A stretch of DNA of 63,977 nucleotides from Bigelowiella natans CCMP2755 (lineage: Eukaryota > Protista > Cercozoa): NCBI GenBank assembly GCA_000320545.1, contig ADNK01000118.1, positions 1 to 63,977 on the forward strand, given 5' to 3'. Made by a program: the position numbers and the translations under genes. This document shows positions 56,405-63,977 of the stretch, in pieces. Each line of letters begins with the position of its first letter. Within the stretch, counting starts at the first letter, position 1. Below the pieces are notes generated by a model. It ran no database searches and was not told the origin of the DNA. It saw only the letters and a program-made list of their open reading frames with translations.

Positions 56405-57871
56405 ATGGAAGACGATTCGAAGGATAGGCGTGCATGGCGAGCATGCCATGTGCTCCTGCTAGGATGGACGGGCTCAAAGGATCGCCAATTGAGGAAGTAT
56501 CAGAGGTGTAGCATTCTTCGAGGCAATCGTGAGCGTGGTTTGTAGTGTAGAGTGAGGTGTTGAAGGTTGATGACAAAGCGAGAGGAAGGATGGGGAAAGA
56601 GATACAACGATGAAGATAAAACGACGACGACAGCGATGATCACCACAGTAAACTGATCAACGAATTATATCAATCCTTAGATTATATGCGAAGGAGGACA
56701 TTCAAACATTGGCTGTTGGTGTGGGGCTAAAGGAGCTAGGGGCTACACCGGTCGTTATTATGTTTCAACTTTTGGTGAATGACATTTAGAAATCGTCATA
56801 TATACAACTTTTCAGGTAATGGCTGCTCCGAGAGCCAAAAGTATTTTACAGCGTAGCAAAAAGCTTAAACCCAAACACTTTGTGAGTTCAAGTATTGAAT
56901 TTGAATGCGCTTACATTGCAGTATCTGACTGACTTTTATCGTTTGTGTGCAAAGATCATCCACATCTTCAGCAACGGCGGTGCTTTTTTGTACTTGGCCT
57001 TGCGTCGCTTGCTTGATCAAGAGCAGGAGTTCCGAGATTTGAGGTAGGTATTAAGTTTTCCGAGATTACAACGACTGGCGACCGATATTGTCCACTTTTT
57101 AATAGATCGTCTCTATGCTGTGTCATCATGGATAGCTTGCCATCCCTCTCTCCACAGCCGATATGGCTGCCATACCTAGCGCAATTGGCAACAAATGACG
57201 TAGACTTTTTTCGCAAAAAGGACAGGGTATCGATTTATAAGTTTTCTTGTACACTCACGTTTATTGCAGAGTTCCTGGGAGTATGCAAGTAACTTCGTAT
57301 GGGGGTCTGCATACGCAGTTTCATCATTGCTCCTGGTAATAACCGAGATACAAGCACAAATTTATTGAGCTAACATAGAGAACAACAAACTCGCAACATA
57401 TGATGAAAACAATGTCGTCAAAAATGGATTGGCTATCTTAGTGGCCATGGAACGGAAATCCATGGGATTGGTATCTGAAGACACTATTGGGTCTTTCAAC
57501 GGACATTCCGGAGTTGTTGCTCTACTCAACTGCGGATGCTCTTGTTCCAGCAGGTTGTGTGCTATTGTTCTAGCGAAGAGGTTGAGGTTGAAACGGAGAG
57601 GGGGAGAGAGACACAAACAAATTTGATAAATTAATATGTGACTAGTGTGCCTCTGTCAATCTCAGCGGGAATAGAAAAATATATCGAGTTACGCCGCGAG
57701 AGGGGATGCGTTTGTTTGACCTTCAACTTTGGAGACTCGGCTCACGTCAATCACTTCGGGAAATATCCTAAGATTTATGAAGAGCAAGTTTTGACCTTCA
57801 TAAAAAACAAGGCTTTTGGGGTGAGTGAAACGAAAAATGAGTGTTCATCACCCCATCGCTCGAGGATGTGA
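56405..57871 (+). CDS. TMEM53 / DUF829 alpha-beta-hydrolase-like protein, multi-exon
   Basis: VLLLGWTGSKDRQLRKY, HIFSNGG, VIMDSLP, LLLYSTAD, FGDSAHVNHFGKYPKIYEEQVLTFI. Confidence 0.85.
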
Positions 57872-57879
57872 AAAGATTG

Positions 57880-58631
57880 GGACGCACTTTTCATCATTCG
57901 GTGGGGCGCACATGTGAATAGATGAGCAAATGAAAAGAGAATGCAAGATGATCAACAGCAGAAGAATGCATCCATCGTCAGCGCGGTAGATCATGTAGCC
58001 CTAGTCTAGCGTTGTTGCTCGATTTGTGAATTCACAACTAAAGCAGCTCACTTCTAAAACTACATTCAAAAGTTCACTTCGCAATGGATGTGGAATGAGT
58101 CGGGAGGTCGATCGGACATGTCAGCACAGCTTGGTCATGCGTTTGCCATCCTGCATGTGTCATGCATGCTAGCATGCATTGTCCAGCACTCAACGTTCGT
58201 CGCTTGTAACGCGTGCACGCGCTCAAAAAGAAGGCGAGGCTGCCACGTGTGCTTCAACACCTTCGCAACAGCAACCACGTGGCTGCGAGCAAATGACTGC
58301 CAATGCAAAACAAAGGTCATCGATCACTTGAAAGAGCTCGAGGCAGGAAGATGATTCCAAGCACAGATGCGAACTTGGACACGTCATCGGCATCCAAATG
58401 GGCTCGCCACTTTCACGAAAGCTAGAAAGTGTGATCAAACTGTCACCACGCGTCTGATCAACACACTCGAACACAGATCGTGCACCACAGGCGCGAAAAG
58501 AGTTGTCCCACGCCCAGTTGAATTGGCACACAAAATGGGAAGTTTGCACGCGTGGTGCAGAGACAGAGCACACGTGTGTCTGCAGTGGATGTTGGGATTT
58601 GACCACAACAATGACAAAAAGGATTTGAGAA
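57880..58631. other. TpA-depleted island, interrupted by the retrotransposon and continuing at 63768-63977
   Basis: 3 TA in 58081-58631 (2 in CTAG); none in 63768-63977. Confidence 0.9.
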
Positions 58632-58957
58632 TGTAGCGCGTACCACTACGCGGGCACAAGTCACGTGCGACAACAAAGGGGTTGTCGCGGATATAGAATA
58701 TAGATAACGTAGATATTAATACAGCATAGGCACGTGGGTTCCGGCGGGACTCATGGCAGCACACCGGAAGTGTGCTGCCCCACGTGCGGCGGCATTCGCG
58801 AAAGCTTCGCGAATGATTACGCAGTGCACGATTTAATAAAAATATAATCTTTAATAAAAATAAACACAACTCTTCAAAAGGAAGCAAACGTGCCTTTCCC
58901 CCCCCCTGCCTACTTGTGCACGTAGCGCCTCGGCCTGTGAACACCTTACGCGCAACA
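58632..58957 (+). repeat. 5' LTR
   Basis: TGTAGCGCGTA...TACGCGCAACA (10/11 terminal inverted match); tandem TTTAATAAAAATA polyadenylation-like signals near 58832 and 58850. Confidence 0.97.
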
Positions 58958-58962
58958 ACCTT

Positions 58963-58980
58963 TGGCTTCCACACACGGGA
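58963..58980 (+). promoter_or_regulatory. Primer binding site (18 nt)
   Basis: TGGCTTCCACACACGGGA, 5 nt after the LTR. Its reverse complement ends ...GGAAGCCA like a tRNA 3' end (G discriminator, Asp/Glu-like; identity not established). Confidence 0.8.
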
Positions 58981-58996
58981 AACGATTTGACTAACA

Positions 58997-59461
58997 ATGT
59001 CACAGCAGCTAGAAGAACAGCAGGACTTTGGCTCGCAGGCCGTGCAAGGGCACGAGCAGAAACAGGAAAGGAAGGGCGATACGGACGCTAAGGAAGGAGG
59101 AGGAACACCTCCACAGGCACCGCCGGGACCAGCACCCGGGATTAAGAAAGCAGATGCAGCAGCAGAGGCACTGGAGAACTTCTACGAGGCGGACGACGAG
59201 GACGTGGCCGCCGAAAGCAAGAAGGTCGTAATGGCATTACGAGCCTTGCGACCCAGGGCGAGCAACTACGCCAAACTGAAAGTATCGATAGAATACAAGT
59301 ATCAGACACATGATGTTTGGGCAGCTATCATGCAGGACATCATGGATTACGAAGCAGACTTACCTCCAGAGTGGGCAGCTTTGTTTAGGAACGACGGGGG
59401 TCTGGGCGCCTCGCGGGGGACGACCCAGAGCTGTTTACCAGCCCTAAGGTACCTGGCATAG
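58997..59461 (+). CDS. gag: Short Gag-like ORF1 (capsid C-terminal-like helices only)
   Basis: 154 aa beginning 16 nt after the PBS; helical segment ESKKVVMALRALRPRASNYAKLKVSIEYKYQTHDVWAAIMQDIMDYE; overlaps the pol frame. Confidence 0.7.
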   Translation: MSQQLEEQQDFGSQAVQGHEQKQERKGDTDAKEGGGTPPQAPPGPAPGIKKADAAAEALENFYEADDEDVAAESKKVVMALRALRPRASNYAKLKVSIEYKYQTHDVWAAIMQDIMDYEADLPPEWAALFRNDGGLGASRGTTQSCLPALRYLA

Positions 59462-62400
59462 GAAACATTAACGCTATTAAGCCGCAGCGAGACTGGTACA
59501 AGGACAGGGAAGGTAACCGACGTTGCGGATACTGCTCACGTAAAGGGAAACACACCGCTAAAGACTGCAGAGACAGGAAAGAAGGACGACCCAGGATGAC
59601 GATCAGGCAGCTCAACGAACACTACGAGAAGTTAAAGAGAAAGAAAGGCAGAGGACAAGGATATAACAACAGCAAATGGCAAGGCAGCAACAACGGGAAG
59701 AACAATAAATATAAGAACAAAAAGCAGAACAGTATCAATGCTATACAGCAGCAGATAAACGGAATATTAGATCACCTTAAGCAGGCGCCGACGAAGACAG
59801 CAGTACCAGCAACGCAGGACCAAGACAAGCCCATGACCCTAGACGACATAAAGAACTTAGGAGTATGCAACATTAATGACGAAGACGCTAACAGGACTAT
59901 CAAAGTTGCTATGACCAAGGTTAAAGTTAAAGACAGCTACGGAGACTACAAGAAACTACCTGCCCTTTGGGATAGTGGCAGCATGCCGAAGTCCTTCATA
60001 AGCCTAAGCACAGTAAGAAGGTTAGGACTATTGGATCAAGTGACTAAGAAAGAACGTAAATATGCTCAAGCAGACGGAAGCTCTTCCATGAAGACCGTCG
60101 GTGAGCTAATGCTAAAGCTACAGATACCTGGCAGCGACGCGGAGACCCAAATCAAGACCCGAGTAGCCATGACTTTATCCATGGAACTACTCCTCGGACA
60201 GGATGCCCTAGAAAAATTAGGGGGGATCATATCATTCTACAATCACAAGATATACTTTGCTAAGTTGCCAAAGAAGTCAGGCAGGACCATCAGCCAGAAC
60301 ATGATACGGCTTGACGAGTGGACCTCTGAGTCAAGCGTTAATGCGTTAGAGTTTATGGACCTAGCGGACAACAAGCTACCTACACCTACCGAGCTACGGA
60401 AGAAGAACCCCGGCAAGACCATCCGACAGATAACGGAGCTACTGGACAAGACCCCCCCAGCTGATGATTGGGATATCGACAAAGGCAAAAAGTACATTAA
60501 TAAAATATTAAACGAGAAGTACTCTGACATCACCAAGCCGACGACGAAGCCCTCCAGCAAGCTTACCCCAGTAAAGATCGAGCTAAAGAAGGGATACGAA
60601 GAGTGCATCATCAATGACCCAGAACATAGGCGACCGGAAGCGGACTGGGAAAAGATAGAGTGGCAGATCAATGAATGGGCAAAGGAAGGGAAGATAGAGC
60701 CAAGCAACTCACCATGGAACGTGAGACATGTGCTAGCTAAGAAACCTACTTACCCTTTCTTCCGCCTGGCGCACAACTTCATCCGCCACAACCGAGTAAT
60801 AAAGAGGATCCAGACACCTACACCAAGGATAGATGACGTTATTGAACACGTCATAGGATACAAATACTACTCTTCCCTAGATAAAAATGAATCATACATG
60901 CAGACACCCATCCACAAAACCTCCCGCCCCATTACCGCGTTCTCCAGCAGGCACAGGAAGTGGCACTTCGTCGTATTCCCTTACGGCCTAAGCATATCAG
61001 GGGATGCGTTCAGTAGTCAGAACTACAGGGCATACACACATGATGGGATGGCGTCTGTGTTGTGGGTGTTTGTGTTTGTGTATGTGGATGATGACATAAT
61101 ATGTACCAACACAGTCGTCGCTCAGATCTTCCTCCTGGAAAATATATTTATTAGGTTTGCACACTTCGGTTTTACTATTAGACTGCAGAAGTGTACATTC
61201 CTAGCTACAAGAATCAAGTGGTGTGGATATTACCTGGAGCAAGGCCGCATCACCCCAAACCCCGAGAAAGTAGCAGCACTACAGCAAGCCCCTAAACCTA
61301 AGAATGCAAAGGAGTTAAAGTCATTCTTGCAGACTGCAGCTTGGATACTACGTAGGTTCTCCCCTACCTACGCTAGGACTGCAGCTGCTTTTACTACTGC
61401 TTACCGGAAGGAGAACTCTGTAGGCCTCAGCTTCGCTAAGGTGTGGGCCAAGGCTGGCCTTGATGCCCACTTCGATAACCTAATAAAGTTATGCAGCAAC
61501 ACCCTATTGAATGCTAAGCTAGACACTACTAGACCAGCTACCCTATGGACAGACTGGTCTAAGCTAGGTATGGCTGCTGTACTTACCCAAGACCAGCAGA
61601 TCATACGGGTGTGGGGCAGGGCCTGCACAGCAGCTGAGGCCAAGTACAGCCCTACAAAAGGAGAGTATAAAGCCATGACTGAGGCGCAGAGGAAACTAAG
61701 ATACTACCTGCTGTCGGTGCCCAGCTTCACCTTAATGACTGACCACAAGCCCCTCCTAGGCATCGACCGCAAGCTCGAAGCGCCTAACGATGAGTATGCA
61801 GCTATGAGGGCGGACACGGAAGAGTTTAGGGACAAGAGGACAGTGGTCTACGCACCAGGAGACAAGCAGCTTGCTGACTATTTCAGCAGGCTGTTCGAAA
61901 AGAAAGTCCCTACCCAGGTCACCCCTATGGTTAACGCGATTACCTTCGAGGACGGCGACTTCCTGCCTGAGCCAGAGGAGCTCCAGCACCTTCAAGAACA
62001 CCTGGATAAATACAAACACAAGCATGAGGTACTTAGTGATAGGATATATGTATACACTAATAATGTTAGGCGTACCTACGTGCCACGGCGGACCAGGGGA
62101 GCCCTTCTCTTTACCGCCCATGGACCTGCACACGTAGGAGAAAACCATATCACTGCTCTACTCTACCATTACTACTGGCCCTACAAGCTAAAAGAGATAA
62201 GGACATACCTGCGTGGCTGCAGGTGCTCCAGCTTGAAGGCGGCAGGCGTCGCCACCAAGGAGTCCAGCAAGAGCCGTGCATCTAAGAAAATCAAAGCAAG
62301 GAACTTCTTAGATATCGTGCAAATTGATGTTTATAAGTACGATGGCTATCACTACCTTACCTTCGTTGATGTGGCCACTGGAAAGTGCTGGGTTAAAAAG

Positions 62401-63390
62401 ATTATCAAGGTCAACGTTGCTAAGAAGAACAAAGGCTTATATAAGCAGAGGCTTACTAACTGCTACCGTACCTGGGAGTCTGAGCTCCAGGCTATCCCTG
62501 ATGAAGTTAGCATAAACAAGATACCAAAGAAGTTACATGTGGATAATGAGACCTCTCTTCTACAGCTACCACACCCTAATATTGATGCCTCACCTGTATA
62601 CTATGCCCAGTCCAACTCCAAGGTAGAGCGACTCCACCGCACCTTGGCCAACCTAAGCAGGATAAATAGCACCACACCAGACAAGATACAAGGGTTAGTA
62701 AACGACACCTTCACGTCTGGGGGAGGTATCAAGGATAAGGAGAGGGAAGAAGGCGACGACAACGACGACGATACCGAGAGCGAAGACGAGAAGGTCCCGT
62801 ACGATGGCCGAGTTCTAAAGGAAGGACAGTATGTTAGGGCCAAGGTAAATCTGAGATCGAGAAATAAACAAGACCCCTTCTGGGGTGGCGTTGCAAAGGT
62901 TACCGAGAGGAAGGGGAGGAAGCAGTACTACATCTATGATGGGAACAGGGTCACCTTGCGCCACATCAGTCACCTAAAGAATTATGATATCGGTGAGAAG
63001 CTCCTAGAGGATGTTAAAGTAAACCCTACTGTGTGGGAGCGAGCAATGCCTTGTTTAGGACCCCGACCTAAGTTCGATGTGGAATATGGAAACAATAAGG
63101 TCAGGGTGAACGACGATTGGCGCATGAAGATTGTCTATCTAGGCTACCCTGGATTACGAAATATGGAGAGGGTAGCTATGAAAATAAAGGACGGAAAATA
63201 TCAGCTACTCTACCTAGCTGTTCCCGACTTACCCTTTGAGCACTGGTATAAGGTCCTGGGGGACCTTGATGCAGAGGGCTGGTATGGACACGAACCTAAG
63301 GACGAAGGTGAGTTCTGGGTAAGCGACAAAGGAGATAAGGTTAGAGAGGAATCTATTACCTGGTGGTTGGTGAAGTTCCGAAAGCGATGA
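59389..63390 (+). CDS. pol: NC-Pol polyprotein: zinc knuckle, aspartic protease, RT, RNase H, integrase, C-terminal MTase-like domain
   Basis: The frame is open from 59389, upstream of the annotated Met at 59596. CGYCSRKGKHTAKDC knuckle (59524-59568); LWDSGS protease; SPWN, YVDD RT; WTDWS, AEAKYS, TDHKPL RNase H; HGPAH..CRC, VQID, HVDNE, SNSKVER integrase. Confidence 0.95.
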   Translation, partial: ERRGSGRLAGDDPELFTSPKVPGIGNINAIKPQRDWYKDREGNRRCGYCSRKGKHTAKDCRDRKEGRPRMTIRQLNEHYEKLKRKKGRGQGYNNSKWQGSNNGKNNKYKNKKQNSINAIQQQINGILDHLKQAPTKTAVPATQDQDKPMTLDDIKNLGVCNINDEDANRTIKVAMTKVKVKDSYGDYKKLPALWDSGSMPKSFISLSTVRRLGLLDQVTKKERKYAQADGSSSMKTVGELMLKLQIPGSDAETQIKTRVAMTLSMELLLGQDALEKLGGIISFYNHKIYFAKLPKKSGRTISQNMIRLDEWTSESSVNALEFMDLADNKLPTPTELRKKNPGKTIRQITELLDKTPPADDWDIDKGKKYINKILNEKYSDITKPTTKPSSKLTPVKIELKKGYEECIINDPEHRRPEADWEKIEWQINEWAKEGKIEPSNSPWNVRHVLAKKPTYPFFRLAHNFIRHNRVIKRIQTPTPRIDDVIEHVIGYKYYSSLDKNESYMQTPIHKTSRPITAFSSRHRKWHFVVFPYGLSISGDAFSSQNYRAYTHDGMASVLWVFVFVYVDDDIICTNTVVAQIFLLENIFIRFAHFGFTIRLQKCTFLATRIKWCGYYLEQGRITPNPEKVAALQQAPKPKNAKELKSFLQTAAWILRRFSPTYARTAAAFTTAYRKENSVGLSFAKVWAKAGLDAHFDNLIKLCSNTLLNAKLDTTRPATLWTDWSKLGMAAVLTQDQQIIRVWGRACTAAEAKYSPTKGEYKAMTEAQRKLRYYLLSVPSFTLMTDHKPLLGIDRKLEAPNDEYAAMRADTEEFRDKRTVVYAPGDKQLADYFSRLFEKKVPTQVTPMVNAITFEDGDFLPEPEELQHLQEHLDKYKHKHEVLSDRIYVYTNNVRRTYVPRRTRGALLFTAHGPAHVGENHITALLYHYYWPYKLKEIRTYLRGCRCSSLKAAGVATKESSKSRASKKIKARNFLDIVQIDVYKYDGYHYLTFVDVATGKCWVKKIIKVNVAKKNKGLYKQRLTNCYRTWESELQAIPDEVSINKIPKKLHVDNETSLLQLPHPNIDASPVYYAQSNSKVERLHRTLANLSRINSTTPDKIQGLVNDTFTSGGGIKDKEREEGDDNDDDTESEDEKVPYDGRVLKEGQYVRAKVNLRSRNKQDPFWGGVAKVTERKGRKQYYIYDGNRVTLRHISHLKNYDIGEKLLEDVKVNPTVWERAMPCLGPRPKFDVEYGNNKVRVNDDWRMKIVYLGYPGLRNMERVAMKIKDGKYQLLYLAVPDLPFEHWYKVLGDLDAEGWYGHEPKDEGEFWVSDKGDKVREESITWWLVKFRKR

Positions 63391-63432
63391 AGGTCTAAGG
63401 GAATAAGGAAGGAAGGAAGGAGCAACGTGACT

Positions 63433-63441
63433 TGGGGGAGG
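63433..63441 (+). promoter_or_regulatory. Polypurine tract
   Basis: (T)GGGGGAGG immediately before the 3' LTR; a further purine-rich AAGG run at ~63398-63422. Confidence 0.85.
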
Positions 63442-63767
63442 TGTAGCGCGTACCACTACGCGGGCACAAGTCACGTGCGACAACAAAGGGGTTGTCGCGG
63501 ATATAGAATATAGATAACGTAGATATTAATACAGCATAGGCACGTGGGTTCCGGCGGGACTCATGGCAGCACACCGGAAGTGTGCTGCCCCACGTGCGGC
63601 GGCATTCGCGAAAGCTTCGCGAATGATTACGCAGTGCACGATTTAATAAAAATATAATCTTTAATAAAAATAAACACAACTCTTCAAAAGGAAGCAAACG
63701 TGCCTTTCCCCCCCCCTGCCTACTTGTGCACGTAGCGCCTCGGCCTGTGAACACCTTACGCGCAACA
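63442..63767 (+). repeat. 3' LTR
   Basis: Direct repeat of 58632-58957. Confidence 0.97.
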
Positions 63768-63977
63768 AGAAGGCAGCAACAGCGAGAGTCAAAGAGGGAG
63801 CGTGTGAGCGTCCATCCAGAAATGCTGCAGGCTTCCGACGATGGCGAATTCAGACTGCGACAACCCCGGAACTTCCTTTCTGCAAATCTGCTCGATCTCC
63901 GAAGGAAGCACTCACGCGAAACGGTGGAGATTCTGGTGTTGCGACAGACATTCTCAGGACGTTGTCGGCGAAAACGC

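Larger units (their letters stand above)
58632..63767 (+). mobile_element. Full-length Ty3/Gypsy LTR retrotransposon, recent insertion, 4-bp TSD AGAA
   Basis: Two 326-bp TG...CA LTRs that look identical by eye; AGAA at 58628-58631 and 63768-63771; PBS and PPT present; domain order Gag-NC-PR-RT-RH-IN. Confidence 0.97.

Noticed and set aside
58770-58830. HDV-like or hammerhead ribozyme in the LTR (CCCACGT loop, GCGAATG)
   Set aside because: No room for a 7-bp P1 3' strand between the putative P3 and P4, and no CTGANGA core found on either strand.
58435-58974. ORFs spanning the LTRs (also 63395-63754)
   Set aside because: They cross the element boundary or lie within LTR sequence, with no coding features.
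60243-60707. Antisense ORF within pol
   Set aside because: Shadow of the pol frame; no recognisable motif.

Overview
Eukaryotic, intron-dense and gene-dense nuclear DNA. IFT20 and several proteins with signal-peptide-plus-basic-transit leaders suggest a flagellated alga with a secondary plastid; a chlorarachniophyte such as Bigelowiella is my inference, not a database result. About 16 protein genes can be read: GT23/FUT8-like fucosyltransferase, SPF30-like/tandem-Tudor-PP2C fusion, SPIDR-like, a coiled-coil/PDZ-like protein, IFT20, a mitochondrial carrier, TMEM184, an NHL-repeat protein, SnoaL-like, TDRD3-like, EF-hand, SAM-kinase, PPR, an unknown gene, peptidase S51 and TMEM53/DUF829. At the right end is a very young Ty3/Gypsy LTR retrotransposon (58632-63767) with apparently identical 326-bp LTRs and an AGAA target-site duplication. 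Two signals stand out. (1) The intergenic DNA just 3' of genes forms islands almost free of TpA, except in CTAG, and rich in CA/TG/CG. This is the opposite of RIP or CpG decay and suggests a localised T:A>C:G mutational process, possibly driven by a base modification. (2) The retrotransposon's integrase ends in a degenerate Dam/DIRS-type adenine-methyltransferase-like domain where a chromodomain normally sits, and the element inserted inside one of these islands. Exon boundaries and TpA counts were read by eye; multi-exon gene ends are approximate.
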